A stretch of DNA of 62,080 nt, counting the filler. It is 4 parts of 4 records of this genome, joined end to end, with 100 filler letters (N's around TTAATTAATTAA, not from the genome) between each part and the next. Parts side by side here need not be neighbours in the genome. Positions count along the whole stretch, not along the records: positions 1 to 20,956 come from SRR20825006_341; 3 more parts are not named here. One strand, 5' to 3'. The first letter of the stretch is position 1, and each line of letters starts with the position of its first letter. Shown piece by piece: positions 1 through 10,658 of the stretch. The position numbers were made by a program, and so were the translations under genes. Below the pieces are notes generated by a model. It did not search any database and was not told the DNA's origin. It saw only the letters and a program-made list of their open reading frames with translations.

Positions 1-1
1 C

Positions 2-61
2 GACAAGGGCTTGGACGCGTTCGTCAAAGACTGGAAATCAACAGGACAATCAATCCTTTAG
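2..61 (+). CDS. 3' end of transaldolase/fructose-6-phosphate aldolase (partial)
   Basis: Manual translation DKGLDAFVKDWKSTGQSIL* matches the C-terminus of Fsa/TalC-type transaldolases. Confidence 0.7.
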   Translation, partial: DKGLDAFVKDWKSTGQSIL

Positions 62-65
62 TTTT

Positions 66-1184
66 CTAACGCGCGATCCGGCCTCCGGTCAGCGGTTTTG
101 GCGCACCCGTTGTTTTTGGGAAACTGATTGGCAGTCCGCGCAATGTGCGGGCTGCAAGATGCGCGAAACATTCTGCTTCGACCGCATCACCGCGCCAGCC
201 ATGATCTTCCGCCCGATCGATGGTACAGCCCGTACGCACTTCCAGTGCGTTCATAATGGCAGGGTTCTTGCGGCCACCGCCACAAACGATCAATCTTTCA
301 GGCCTTGCTGGCAGCAAATCCAGTGCCTTGCCCACTGCACCCGCTGTGAACGCCGCCAAAGTGGCTGCGCCATCTGCATCACTCAACCCGTCTGCCATTT
401 CCGGGCCGAAATCAAAGCGGTCGAGCGATTTAGGATAGGCTGCCGACAAGTATGGATGGGTCAACAGCGAGGTAAGCCGCTCTTCATCCACAGTGCCAGA
501 CAAGGCCAGCTTGCCGTCCTCATCCATTTTGCCCAAGCCTCGCGCCTTCATAAAATCATTGGTTGGGGCGTTGGCTGGCCCGGTATCAAAGGCAATCAGA
601 TCGCCGGCGGCAGACATCCATGAAATATTGGCCACACCACCCAGATTAAGTACCGAACTTTCTGCACCCGCATTTATGCGTTTCAGCAAAGCCGCATGGT
701 AGATCGCCGATAGCGGCGCACCCTGCCCGCCTTCCGCCATATCCGCGCTGCGGAAATCATAGACAACTGGCACACCCAATCGCTCATGCATCCGTTGGCC
801 ATCCCCAAGCTGACGGGTTTGGCCGATCCGTTCGGGCTGCGGGGCTCGGTGCAAAACGGTCTGCCCGTGAAAACCCACGGCACCGATCTCAGACATTTTC
901 AAACCTGCCTGCGCCACCAGCGCCTTCACCGCGTCTGACTGTGCGTCGGTCAGCGCGGCCTCGGCTTCAGCAAAGATTTTTGGGTCTTCGTCAGCAAACT
1001 GCCATTCGCGTGCTTCCGCCAAAGCCTGCACCAGCATGTCATTGATATGTTCGGGATAAGGCATCAGCTCATAAGGGCCAAACTCAACAATTTCCTCGCC
1101 ATCGGTGCGCAGCAAAGCCACATCGATAAAGCCGTCCAAAACCGTTCCGGTCATCAGGCCCACAGACCAAATTGCACTCATCAT
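66..1184 (-). CDS. anmK: Anhydro-N-acetylmuramic acid kinase
   Basis: [55 protein letters not shown] motifs. Confidence 0.95.
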   Translation of the reverse strand: MMSAIWSVGLMTGTVLDGFIDVALLRTDGEEIVEFGPYELMPYPEHINDMLVQALAEAREWQFADEDPKIFAEAEAALTDAQSDAVKALVAQAGLKMSEIGAVGFHGQTVLHRAPQPERIGQTRQLGDGQRMHERLGVPVVYDFRSADMAEGGQGAPLSAIYHAALLKRINAGAESSVLNLGGVANISWMSAAGDLIAFDTGPANAPTNDFMKARGLGKMDEDGKLALSGTVDEERLTSLLTHPYLSAAYPKSLDRFDFGPEMADGLSDADGAATLAAFTAGAVGKALDLLPARPERLIVCGGGRKNPAIMNALEVRTGCTIDRAEDHGWRGDAVEAECFAHLAARTLRGLPISFPKTTGAPKPLTGGRIAR

Positions 1185-1192
1185 GTTTCCCC

Positions 1193-2209
1193 TTAAGATT
1201 GCACGACTAGGTCGCCCACGGCGCGGCGCAGTTCAGCGATGCCGCTATCGAAATGTCGCGTTGGGTGAATACGGTTGGTCAGCAATGTCCACCCGATTTT
1301 CCGATCAAAATCCACCCACACACCTGTTCCTGTAAAGCCGGTATGACCAATGGTTTCATCGCTGCATTTATCGCCGCCGGGCCATCCGTCATGGCGATGC
1401 TCAAATCCGTGGCTGCGCTTTTCACTTAATTTGGTGCGCATCAGCTCTACTTTTGGGCTGTCTGCGTTTTCCAGCAGATCAGATGCAAAATTTAGCACCG
1501 TATCCGCCGTTCCAAACAAGCCTGCATGCCCTGCCCCTTGCAACGCATAGCAATTATCATCATGCACTTCGCCGCACATGATTTTCGAGCGCCATGTGCA
1601 ATCCTCTGTTGCAGCGCTCACATGTTTAGGTGCACTGAACGCGAACCCCTCTGGCGGTACCATCTCGCGCAATTTGCAGCCTTCAATGCGCTCCAAAGCA
1701 AAGCCGAGCAGGATGAAATTGATGTCAGAATATACCGGGGGCCCTTTGCGCCATTCGCGTTGCAAGACAAAGGCCCGCAGCAGTTCCGGATCGCGGCCAT
1801 AGGTGTAGATCGGCTCGACCGCTGGAAATGGCGTTTGGTGTCCCAAACATTCGCGGAACGTCACCTTACGCTCCCACGCATCAGCATTATATTGGCGCAA
1901 ATCCGGCAACACGCTGATCAAGGGCGCATCCAAATCAATCTGCCCATCAAGGGCATAATCGAGAATGCGCGAGGTCGTGAAAATCACCTTGGTAAGTGAC
2001 GCGAGATCGAACCAGGTGTCTTTTTCCATAGGTCGCTGGTTCGGCACCGTCTGCGCGTTCCCGGCATTTAAAATGGCGCGTTCGCCATCTGCGGTCACAA
2101 TACCCAGAACGCCGCCGGGGATTTTGCCAGTATCTATTGCGGCTTGAACGGGTTCAAACGCCTGTTCAGCGATGGATTCAACATCACTTATTGCGGAAAG
2201 AGATGACAT
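1193..2209 (-). CDS. Serine hydrolase, beta-lactamase/AmpC-like family
   Basis: SxxK (FDLASLTK), YSD, GEVHDDN, GHAGLF, GHTGFTG motifs. Confidence 0.9.
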   Translation of the reverse strand: MSSLSAISDVESIAEQAFEPVQAAIDTGKIPGGVLGIVTADGERAILNAGNAQTVPNQRPMEKDTWFDLASLTKVIFTTSRILDYALDGQIDLDAPLISVLPDLRQYNADAWERKVTFRECLGHQTPFPAVEPIYTYGRDPELLRAFVLQREWRKGPPVYSDINFILLGFALERIEGCKLREMVPPEGFAFSAPKHVSAATEDCTWRSKIMCGEVHDDNCYALQGAGHAGLFGTADTVLNFASDLLENADSPKVELMRTKLSEKRSHGFEHRHDGWPGGDKCSDETIGHTGFTGTGVWVDFDRKIGWTLLTNRIHPTRHFDSGIAELRRAVGDLVVQS

Positions 2210-3126
2210 GCCACGGCTCCCTGCGTTTGTGCTTTCAATTCAGGACGGGTTTGTTTGCAAACATCCATCACTCTCGGACATCTTGTGTGGAAGGCGCAGC
2301 CCGATGGCGGATTTGCCGGATCAGGCACTTCTCCAGCCAAAACGGTACGCGCTCGCTTCTCGCCAACGCGTGGAATGGCAGACAAAAGCGACTGCGTATA
2401 AGGGTGCTGCGGGTTTTGCATCACCTCTTCGGTTTCACCCATTTCCACAATCCGCCCGAGATACATAATCGCGATCCGGTCGCTCACATGGCGGATGACA
2501 GACAAATCATGGCTAATGAACAGAATGGAGATGTTGAGCTGTTTTTGCAGTTTGGCGATCAAATTGATGATCTGGCTTTGGATCGACACGTCCAAAGCCG
2601 ACACTGCTTCGTCAGCAACAATCAGCTTGGGATCAAGCGCAAGTGCGCGGGCAATGGCAATCCGTTGCCGCTGGCCACCGGAAAATTCGTGCGGATGCCG
2701 ATCAATGGCATTTTGCGGCAAGCCCACCAAGTCCAGCAAGTCGCGTACTTTCTCCTGTCTCTGCTGTTTGGTGCCAATGCCATGCACCTCCAACGGTTCG
2801 CCGATCACCTTGCCCACTTTATGGCGCGGGTTGAGCGATCCGAACGGATCCTGAAAGATAATCTGCAAATCGCGCCGCATCGGCTTGAGAGCCGATTTTT
2901 TCAGCGGCACAATGTCTTGCCCTTCAAACAGCACTTGGCCGCCGCTGGGTTCAATCAGCCGCAGCAATGAGCGTCCCAATGTCGATTTACCACAACCGGA
3001 TTCCCCCACGACGCCAACCACTTCGCCCGCGGTAATGTCCAGTGACACATCTGACAAGGCCTGCACTTTCGCGCCATTTTTGCCGTGATAGATTTTCGAA
3101 AGATTTTTGATTTCAAGCAAAGTCAT
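2188..3126 (-). CDS. Oligopeptide/dipeptide ABC transporter ATP-binding protein (OppF-like)
   Basis: GESGCGKST, FSGGQRQR, C-terminal CAFHTRC; probable start MTLLEIK. Confidence 0.93.
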   Translation of the reverse strand: MTLLEIKNLSKIYHGKNGAKVQALSDVSLDITAGEVVGVVGESGCGKSTLGRSLLRLIEPSGGQVLFEGQDIVPLKKSALKPMRRDLQIIFQDPFGSLNPRHKVGKVIGEPLEVHGIGTKQQRQEKVRDLLDLVGLPQNAIDRHPHEFSGGQRQRIAIARALALDPKLIVADEAVSALDVSIQSQIINLIAKLQKQLNISILFISHDLSVIRHVSDRIAIMYLGRIVEMGETEEVMQNPQHPYTQSLLSAIPRVGEKRARTVLAGEVPDPANPPSGCAFHTRCPRVMDVCKQTRPELKAQTQGAVACHLFPQ

Positions 3127-4082
3127 TAGGCCGCATTCCAACAACGCAAACGATGGTGATCATCCCCGGTTAACTCGGGCATTTCCTCTGTGCAGATGTC
3201 CAGACAAGCAGAACAACGCGGATGGAAAGCACATCCGCTTGGCCGCGCACCGGGTGGCGGCACTGTCCCGGGAATAGCCGGAAGCTCCACCCCGGGCGGG
3301 TTCGCCGCCGGAATTGTACGCAACAACGCCTCAGTGTAGCGATGGCGCGGATTGGCAAACAGCTCTTCTGCTGGCGCCTCCTCCACCACGCGTCCGCCAT
3401 ACATCACCGCGACGCGACCACAATATTGAGACACCACGCCCAAATCGTGGGTGATCAACAGCACAGCCATCCCCATTTCACGTCGCAAATCTTCGATCAG
3501 TTCGAGAATTTGCGCCTGCACTGTAACATCCAGTGCGGTGGTGGGTTCATCGGCGATCAGCAGTTTCGGGTCACACGCCAAGGCGATGGCAATCATGGCG
3601 CGCTGTCGTTGCCCGCCAGACATTTCATGTGGATATTTTTGTGCTGCTTTTTCCGGGGCTGGAATGCCAACCCTTTCGAGCAATTCAACCGCACGTCGCG
3701 CTGCATCCGCCTTATCACTGGTCTTATGAAGCAATACCACTTCGGCGATTTGATCACCGATGGTAAAAACCGGGTTTAGCGAGGTCATCGGCTCTTGGAA
3801 AATCATCGCGATTTGATTGCCGCGCAGCCGTTCTAATTCAGCGTTAGACATGGCCAAAATATCCTGACCGTCATAGTGGATTGCACCCTGCCTGATGCGC
3901 ATAGGTGGCTCTGCCAAGAGGCGCATGATAGAAAGCGCAGTTACTGACTTTCCGCAGCCGGACTCGCCCACTAATCCTAGCATCTCGCCCGGTTTAATCG
4001 ACAAAGAAACGCCTTCGATAACGGGATTCGACCCAACATCAATCCACAAATCGTCGATTGTGAGTAGCGGCGATTGGGTCAT
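3126..4082 (-). CDS. Oligopeptide/dipeptide ABC transporter ATP-binding protein (OppD-like)
   Basis: GESGCGKS, MSGGQRQR, DEPTTALD. Confidence 0.93.
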   Translation of the reverse strand: MTQSPLLTIDDLWIDVGSNPVIEGVSLSIKPGEMLGLVGESGCGKSVTALSIMRLLAEPPMRIRQGAIHYDGQDILAMSNAELERLRGNQIAMIFQEPMTSLNPVFTIGDQIAEVVLLHKTSDKADAARRAVELLERVGIPAPEKAAQKYPHEMSGGQRQRAMIAIALACDPKLLIADEPTTALDVTVQAQILELIEDLRREMGMAVLLITHDLGVVSQYCGRVAVMYGGRVVEEAPAEELFANPRHRYTEALLRTIPAANPPGVELPAIPGTVPPPGARPSGCAFHPRCSACLDICTEEMPELTGDDHHRLRCWNAA

Positions 4083-4318
4083 AGTTCCTCCCGTTGAAAA
4101 TGGTCAAGATTGATGACCAATTTTGAATGGGTACCGCTCGAAAGAAAAGCAGCTTTCTTTCGATTATAGACCCACTTGCATAGGGAAGAATAATACCATA
4201 ACGTCGAAATTGTCCAGAGTGGTTCTATAGTGGATATATCGCGGCATGGCTGAGAGATGAACCATGAAATCGGACATATGCTTGCGTTGAAACGCAAGTC
4301 TTAGATTTAGGAGGAACC

Positions 4319-5815
4319 ATGTCTATTCAAAAATTCGGGATTGCATTATTTGCATCCAGCATGCTCGCCACAGGCGCATCTGCGGCCAGCTTAAATGTGG
4401 CAATTGATTCATCGCCTGCGGGCCTTGATCCGCATTTGATCACAGCCTTCAACTCTGTTGTTGTGGTGCAAGGCAATATTTATGAAGGCCTGACCGACAT
4501 CAATGCTGACCTCGATGTTGTGCCAGATTTGGCCAAATCATGGGACGTTTCTGAGGACGGCCTTTCCTACACATTCAAATTGCATGATGGCGTAACCTTC
4601 CATGATGGCTCAACCATGGATGCCAATGATGTGGCGGCCTCTATCCGCCGGGTACAGGCAGAAGCTACAGGCTCACCTTTGGCCAGCCGCGTTTCGCCGA
4701 TCACCGGCATTGAAGTTGTTGATGCAACCACTGTTAAACTGACATTGGACGCACCATTTGCGCCAATTCTATCTGCACTCGCTGGCATCGCCATCGTGCC
4801 GGAAGAGTTGGAAAACGACATTGAAAAGCTTCAGCAAACACCAATTGGCACAGGCCCTTTCAAGTTCGACGAATGGCAGCCAAATGGCTATATCGCCCTG
4901 ACCAAATTTGACGGTTATCGCGAAGATGGCTTGCCGAAATTGGATGGCGTGCGGGTGAACTTTGTGCCAGAAGCGGCAACCCGCCAAGTTGGCCTCACCA
5001 GCGGAGATTACGACATTTTGCCAGGCATTGACCCGGCAACCGCACTGCAATTGCATGCGCAGCCTAATGTCTCCGTTTTTGATACACGGGACGTGGCTTA
5101 CACACTGCTGGGCATGAATGTGACCCGTGGTCCTTTGGCAGAGCCTAAGGTGCGTCGTGCGATCAATATGTTGCTGAACCGGCAGGAAATCATTGATGGC
5201 GCTTTGTTTGGCGCAGGTGTGCCTGGTGGCCCACTTTCCCCTGCTCTCAGCTCATGGGCTCTCGATACGTCTGAGTTCGATTGCTACACGCCAGATGTTG
5301 ATGGTGCAAAGGCATTGCTGGAAGAAGCTGGCGTGGATATGCCAATCAAGCTCTCCATTCTTGTGTTGCCACGGCAAGATGCACGCGACATTTCGCAGGT
5401 GATCCAACAACAGTTGGCTGCTGGTGGCATTGAAGTGGAGTTGGTGAACAAGGAAATTGGTGAGTTTGTGCAAGATTGGCGCAATTCAGATTTCGACATG
5501 TTCGTATCTGCCAATGGCGGCAATCCAGATCCTGACCAATATTTCTACCGCACCTTCTATTCAGGTGGCTCAACCAACGTGTTCCAATATGACAATCCTG
5601 AACTGAATGATCTGTTGGACAAAGGCCGCAGCGAGACTGACCAAGCCGCACGTAAAGAAATTTACGATGACGTGCAGCGCATGCTTGCTTGCGAAGGTCC
5701 AGTTGCGCACCTTGCCTATGGCAATTTGTTCACTGCGGTAAATAACAAGGTTGAAGGCTTTGAAATTTACCCAACGGGCCGTTTGACCAGCTTGGTCAAC
5801 GCCGCAATGAAATAA
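4319..5815 (+). CDS. ABC transporter substrate-binding protein, family 5
   Basis: Signal peptide, LAKSWDVSEDGLSYTFKL..GVTFHDG, IGTGPFK. Confidence 0.93.
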   Translation: MSIQKFGIALFASSMLATGASAASLNVAIDSSPAGLDPHLITAFNSVVVVQGNIYEGLTDINADLDVVPDLAKSWDVSEDGLSYTFKLHDGVTFHDGSTMDANDVAASIRRVQAEATGSPLASRVSPITGIEVVDATTVKLTLDAPFAPILSALAGIAIVPEELENDIEKLQQTPIGTGPFKFDEWQPNGYIALTKFDGYREDGLPKLDGVRVNFVPEAATRQVGLTSGDYDILPGIDPATALQLHAQPNVSVFDTRDVAYTLLGMNVTRGPLAEPKVRRAINMLLNRQEIIDGALFGAGVPGGPLSPALSSWALDTSEFDCYTPDVDGAKALLEEAGVDMPIKLSILVLPRQDARDISQVIQQQLAAGGIEVELVNKEIGEFVQDWRNSDFDMFVSANGGNPDPDQYFYRTFYSGGSTNVFQYDNPELNDLLDKGRSETDQAARKEIYDDVQRMLACEGPVAHLAYGNLFTAVNNKVEGFEIYPTGRLTSLVNAAMK

Positions 5816-5872
5816 CCAATAAGCAAGCGCGGCGTCATTTTGTGATGCCGCGCTTTTACTTTGGGTCACAAG

Positions 5873-6829
5873 ATGCGCACTTCTTCTCGATTTATTGTTG
5901 GCAGGTTGATTGATCTTGCCGTTGTCCTTTTTGGTGTGTCGATCATCGTCTTTATGATGATCCGGCTGATCCCCGGCGATGCCGTGGCGATCATGTTGGG
6001 CGCGAACACTGAGATCACACCGGAGCGGATCGCCGAACTGGAAGCCCGCCTAGGGCTAGATAAGCCTATATATGTACAATATTTCGATTGGATTTGGGGC
6101 GCAGTTCGCGGCGATTTCGGCACCTCGATTTGGACCGGCCGTCCAGTTATGTCCGAAATCAGCGCCAATTTGTGGCCTACACTAGAACTCACTTTTCTTT
6201 CCGTGCTGTTTGGTGCTGGTCTTTCCATCCCCATCGGTTGTTTTATGGCCGAAGCGCGGGGCAAAGGCGCAGAAGTCGCTGTGCGCATCGGCGCGATTGC
6301 TGGCCTCACCATTCCATCATTCTGGCTAGGCATTGTTTCAATTTTTATGGTGTCAAAGTTGCTCCCCGGCGTGTCGGCGCTTGGCTACGTGCCCTTTAGC
6401 GAAGATCCCTTGGGCAATTTGCAGCGCATGATTTTGCCCGTGATCGCCCTCGGCCTGCCCATGCTTGCCAACTTATCCCGTCTTGTCCGCTCCGCCATGT
6501 TGGATGCACTTAGCCAGGATTACATCCGCACCGCGCGCGCCAAAGGTGTGCCGCAACGCGGCCTTGTTTATAAACATGCGTTGCGCAACGCGTTGATCCC
6601 TTTCATCACCAGCGTTGGCGTGGCCACGGGCTATCTGCTGGGCGGTGCGATTGTGGTTGAGCAAGTGTTTGCCATTCCCGGCTTAGGCCGCTTGGTACTT
6701 GGTGCCATTGCAGAACGAAATTACCCACTCGTACAGGCGTCCATTCTGGTGATGACCGCCTCCTTCGTGATGGTGAATTTCTTTGTCGATCTGCTTTACG
6801 CCTATATTGATCCGCGGGTGTCCCAATGA
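5873..6829 (+). CDS. Peptide ABC transporter permease (DppB-like)
   Basis: GDFGTS, DYIRTARAKG, HALRNA. Confidence 0.93.
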   Translation: MRTSSRFIVGRLIDLAVVLFGVSIIVFMMIRLIPGDAVAIMLGANTEITPERIAELEARLGLDKPIYVQYFDWIWGAVRGDFGTSIWTGRPVMSEISANLWPTLELTFLSVLFGAGLSIPIGCFMAEARGKGAEVAVRIGAIAGLTIPSFWLGIVSIFMVSKLLPGVSALGYVPFSEDPLGNLQRMILPVIALGLPMLANLSRLVRSAMLDALSQDYIRTARAKGVPQRGLVYKHALRNALIPFITSVGVATGYLLGGAIVVEQVFAIPGLGRLVLGAIAERNYPLVQASILVMTASFVMVNFFVDLLYAYIDPRVSQ

Positions 6830-7653
6830 GACAGTTTATCAAACAAAATAAGCTGCTTAGCTTTGCCATTGGGTTTGTAGCTTTACAGATCGGGCTGGCT
6901 CTATTCGCCCCCATTCTTGGCTTTCAAGACCCGTATCAGCAGGTCATGATCCAGCGGATGAAAGCGCCCAATGCTGTCAATTTTTTGGGCACAGACCAGC
7001 TAGGCCGCGATGTGCTGGCGCGTATTGTTTACGGCTATCGCACCTCATTGGTGACCTGTCTCACTGCTGTGGGCTTGGCTTTGTTGGTTGGCGGCATGTT
7101 GGGCATGTTGGCCGCTTATTATCGCGGCTGGTTTGATCGCATTGTGATGCGGTTGATGGATATTCTTTTTGCTTTTCCCATCCTGCTGCTCGCCATTGGC
7201 GTTATCGCTGTGATCGGGCCAAGCACATGGGGCGCTGCCATTGCGATTGCCATTGTCTACACGCCGATTTTTGCGCGGCTGTTGCGCGGCCCTTCCCTTG
7301 TGATTGTGGAAAGCGAATATGTGATGGGGGCGAAAGCCATCGGCGCGTCTGACCTGCGGATTATCTTTTCGCACCTGTTGCCCAACCTCTCGTCCGTGAT
7401 TTTGGTGCAGGCCAGCTTGCTGCTCTCCGCCGCAATCTTGGTGGAGGCGTCCCTGTCCTTCCTCGGCCTTGGTGCGCAGCCGCCTATACCTTCTTTGGGT
7501 TTGATGTTATCCGAAGGCCGCAATTTTTTATTGCTATCGCCATGGCCTGCTATATTTGCTGGCTTTGCTATTTTATTTTTGTCGTTTGGCTTCAATCTGT
7601 TAGGCGACGCCCTGCGCGACACGTTAGACCCGCGTCTACGCTCTGATAATTAG
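6826..7653 (+). CDS. Peptide ABC transporter permease (DppC-like)
   Basis: LGTDQLGRD, EYVMGAKAIGAS, NLLGDALRD. Confidence 0.93.
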   Translation: MRQFIKQNKLLSFAIGFVALQIGLALFAPILGFQDPYQQVMIQRMKAPNAVNFLGTDQLGRDVLARIVYGYRTSLVTCLTAVGLALLVGGMLGMLAAYYRGWFDRIVMRLMDILFAFPILLLAIGVIAVIGPSTWGAAIAIAIVYTPIFARLLRGPSLVIVESEYVMGAKAIGASDLRIIFSHLLPNLSSVILVQASLLLSAAILVEASLSFLGLGAQPPIPSLGLMLSEGRNFLLLSPWPAIFAGFAILFLSFGFNLLGDALRDTLDPRLRSDN

Positions 7654-7663
7654 GAATGTTTCA

Positions 7664-8476
7664 GTGACCGGAAAATCCGATAAAAGCCAACAACAGCCTA
7701 ACGGGGAAACTGTTTCTGCTTTGTCGGAAAATCCCGTCATGGAAGAAATTTTGCTGAAACTTCAGCATGGCCAAAAGCGCAACGAGACCTTTTATCGCCA
7801 GCTGGCTGGTGTTTTGCGGGAACTTATAGAGCGCGGCGCGTTGCGCGGTGGTGAAGCTTTGCCATCTGAGCGTGAGTTGGTCAAAGCCACTGGCTTTTCC
7901 CGCATCACTGTGCGCAAGGCCATTGAAAGCCTTTTGAATGACGGATTGATTTCCAAGCGCCATGGGGCTGGCACTTTTGTAAAACCACAAATTGATCAGC
8001 CTTTGTCGATTTTGCTGGGCTTCACCGCAGACATGCAACGTCGCGGACAGCAATCCAGCTCCATTCTTTTGGACAAATCGGTTGGCTTGCCGACCGCCAA
8101 TGAAGCGCTGAAACTTGGCATTTCGCCCAGCGAACAAGTCGTGCGCCTGTCGCGCGTGCGCCTTGCCGAAGGTGAGCCACTGGGCATTGAAAACGCCACC
8201 GTGCCGCTTTATGCCGCGCCACCTGAAACTATTGAGGCTTCGCTCTATGAGGCGCTTCGACAGAGTGGCAATATGCCCGTTCGCGCGGTGCAGCGCATGC
8301 ATGCGGCCATCGCCAATGAAGAAGAATCCCGTCTGCTCGGCATAGAAATTGGCTCACCAATTTTCCACACCGAGCGCCACTCCTTCCTCGCCAATGGCCG
8401 CCCAATTGAAGTCACCATGTCCGCCTATCGCGGCGACCGGTACGATTTTATCGCAGAGCTAAATATCGAGCACTAA
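7664..8476 (+). CDS. GntR/HutC-family transcriptional regulator (UTRA domain)
   Basis: LPSERELV..SRITVRKA..GAGTFV wHTH plus UTRA C-terminus; start could be ATG 7739. Confidence 0.92.
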   Translation: MTGKSDKSQQQPNGETVSALSENPVMEEILLKLQHGQKRNETFYRQLAGVLRELIERGALRGGEALPSERELVKATGFSRITVRKAIESLLNDGLISKRHGAGTFVKPQIDQPLSILLGFTADMQRRGQQSSSILLDKSVGLPTANEALKLGISPSEQVVRLSRVRLAEGEPLGIENATVPLYAAPPETIEASLYEALRQSGNMPVRAVQRMHAAIANEEESRLLGIEIGSPIFHTERHSFLANGRPIEVTMSAYRGDRYDFIAELNIEH

Positions 8477-9603
8477 TCCTGCGCGACTTCGGTTTCAAAC
8501 TCCGAGGGCAGCGTGATTTCCAGCAACTCGCAATCGTCAGAGCAATTGCGATAAGCCGCCTTCATAAACGGCGGCACCACAAATGCGTCGCCTGCCACCA
8601 AATCATATGGCTCTTCGCCATCCACCATCAGAGTCATGCTGCCTTCTTTGACGAAGGTGAACAAAATGTCCGTATTGTGGCTGGTGCGCGGTGCCATTTC
8701 ACCTTTGATCGGCCGCGCCACTTGCACGCCGGCCACGCCTTTAGTCGCCGTACCAATGCCCGTATCCCGCGCTTCAAAACCGGGAATGCGCCAAGGCTTC
8801 CAAATGGCTTCCGCTACCTTGTCATAAACAAATTTGGTGCCCTGCCATTCACGATCCGGATCGCACTTTTCCGTCGGCAAAGTCATCTCATGATCAATCG
8901 TCGTCACATGGTCGGCGGGCACACCGATTTCCACAACTTCCACATTGTCTGAAGCTTCCATCACCCGGTGGCGAATTTCCGGTGGTTGGATCACGCAATC
9001 GCCTGCGGTGAGGTGTATCTTCGGGCCTTGGCCTTCATAAAGCACATCGACCCAGCCGCGATAGCAAAAGATCAACTGAAAACCGACCGTGTGATAATGC
9101 ACCATGTCTGGCACCGGCCCGCCATCGGGAATGCGGATGTGCGATGCAATGATGGAGCCGCCCAACCGATCCGGGATCAAATCGCGATAGCGCATCCCGG
9201 CGCGGCCAACTACCCAACTGTCACTATCCTTCAAGCGCCGCACCAAAAAGCTATGTTGCGTTTCGGGCTGCACCAAGGGTGGGTTGGCATCGATAATTTC
9301 GATCTGGGTGCCGTTAGGTGCGGTCAGCTTGGTTTCACCTGCCGCAAACTTGTCAGGATCATCACAATTCAGGCGCAAGCTATGCACCGCGCTGGTCGCA
9401 TCGCGATCCAACCGAATAGACACCCCATGGCCAGAGATCACCGCAACGCTTGGATCATCTGCCGGAAAAATCTTATCCAGCCGAAAGCCCAGCCGCTTCA
9501 TAAAAAATGGCAAATCCTTTTTCAACTCCGGCGTCGACAGCACGATTTCCGCACCCTTCACCAAATCCGGCTTGGTTTGCAATTCTGCATTTTGTGGATC
9601 CAT
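8473..9603 (-). CDS. VOC-like N-terminus plus double cupin domain protein
   Basis: N-terminal FFMKRLGFRL..APNGTQIEI; cupin motifs HYHTVGFQ..GDCVIQPPEIRH and SHNTDILF..GDAFVVPP. Confidence 0.8.
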   Translation of the reverse strand: MDPQNAELQTKPDLVKGAEIVLSTPELKKDLPFFMKRLGFRLDKIFPADDPSVAVISGHGVSIRLDRDATSAVHSLRLNCDDPDKFAAGETKLTAPNGTQIEIIDANPPLVQPETQHSFLVRRLKDSDSWVVGRAGMRYRDLIPDRLGGSIIASHIRIPDGGPVPDMVHYHTVGFQLIFCYRGWVDVLYEGQGPKIHLTAGDCVIQPPEIRHRVMEASDNVEVVEIGVPADHVTTIDHEMTLPTEKCDPDREWQGTKFVYDKVAEAIWKPWRIPGFEARDTGIGTATKGVAGVQVARPIKGEMAPRTSHNTDILFTFVKEGSMTLMVDGEEPYDLVAGDAFVVPPFMKAAYRNCSDDCELLEITLPSEFETEVAQD

Positions 9604-9616
9604 GACCATCTCCTCC

Positions 9617-10048
9617 CTATTGATGTTCAAGGCGCGCTTTCACCAGCATCACCTCGGTCTCATGGCATGTTTTGAGCTTGTGCCAGCGGAAATCGTCCAT
9701 GTCAGCCTGTCGCCAAACCATCAGCGAAAAAACGCTCTGGTCGGCGCCAAGGCCCATGGTCGGGCCGGGCAAAATGCGGGCACTGATCCGGGCTTCAAAA
9801 GGCCCGGCTTCCGTGGCAGATAGCAAATAATGCACCATATGATACGCGGGCTCGTATGCGACTTTGACGTAGATTTCGCTGCGATCAAATAGGCTTTTGC
9901 CTTTGGTCACGCCATCGCCAAGCGTTTCGATTTCCCATGTACCAAAGGTCCATTGGTCCAGATTTTGCGGCGACGCCACGAAATCCACCACCTTGTCATG
10001 GGCCGCATCAATCACGATGGAGGTGATATGGCTATCAAGAATGCTCAT
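9617..10048 (-). CDS. SRPBCC/polyketide cyclase-like protein
   Basis: SIVIDAAHDKVVDFVASPQNLDQW is a typical SRPBCC N-terminus; coupled within the operon. Confidence 0.6.
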   Translation of the reverse strand: MSILDSHITSIVIDAAHDKVVDFVASPQNLDQWTFGTWEIETLGDGVTKGKSLFDRSEIYVKVAYEPAYHMVHYLLSATEAGPFEARISARILPGPTMGLGADQSVFSLMVWRQADMDDFRWHKLKTCHETEVMLVKARLEHQ

Positions 10049-10658
10049 TGATAAAGCCTTCTGATTTGCCATCAATATTGGTCACCACCAAAATCTTCGC
10101 CGGGCCATCACCCCCCGCCACATAGGCGTGAGCCATGCTGCCATCAAAATAAATGCTGTCACCCTCATTGAGCAAAGTCGGCGAATAAAAATCCGTATAA
10201 AAGATCAACTGACCTTCCAGCACATATAGAAATTCTTCGCCCGCGTGGCTGGCCAATCCGCCTGCTTCTTCAAGCGAGCGTTTGGTGACCGTATTCACCG
10301 CCGGATGCATCTTTTTGTTTGCCAAATCGGTGGATAGCACTTCCGCCACATAGCGCGCGGTCTCGATAGGCGGTTGCTCACCTGCCCGCGAAATCGAGCG
10401 TACGCCCGTGCGCATCGGCTGCGCCGCGGCCTCAAAAAAGGCTGTGATATCCACATCCAGCGCCTGGCTGAGAATGTAAAGATTGTGCGCACTCACAGGT
10501 GTTTGTTCATTTTCCACCCGCGACAAGGTCGCCTCGGAAATGCTGGTGATCCGCGCCAATTCGCTCAGCGAATATTTCTTGGCTTTGCGGAAGGCTTTAA
10601 CCTGCGCGCCAACTTTCAAATCTTCAAAATTTGGCTTACGTGAGGGGTCAGTCGCCAT
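10035..10658 (-). CDS. XRE-family HTH regulator with C-terminal cupin
   Basis: VKAFRKAKKYSLSELA..TLSRVEN; HAGEEFLYVLEG..GDSIYFD..H. Confidence 0.92.
   Translation of the reverse strand: MATDPSRKPNFEDLKVGAQVKAFRKAKKYSLSELARITSISEATLSRVENEQTPVSAHNLYILSQALDVDITAFFEAAAQPMRTGVRSISRAGEQPPIETARYVAEVLSTDLANKKMHPAVNTVTKRSLEEAGGLASHAGEEFLYVLEGQLIFYTDFYSPTLLNEGDSIYFDGSMAHAYVAGGDGPAKILVVTNIDGKSEGFINEHS

Noticed and set aside
1193-2209. Serine hydrolase as an antibiotic-resistance beta-lactamase
   Set aside because: No signal peptide, and the anmK operon context points to a cytoplasmic recycling hydrolase
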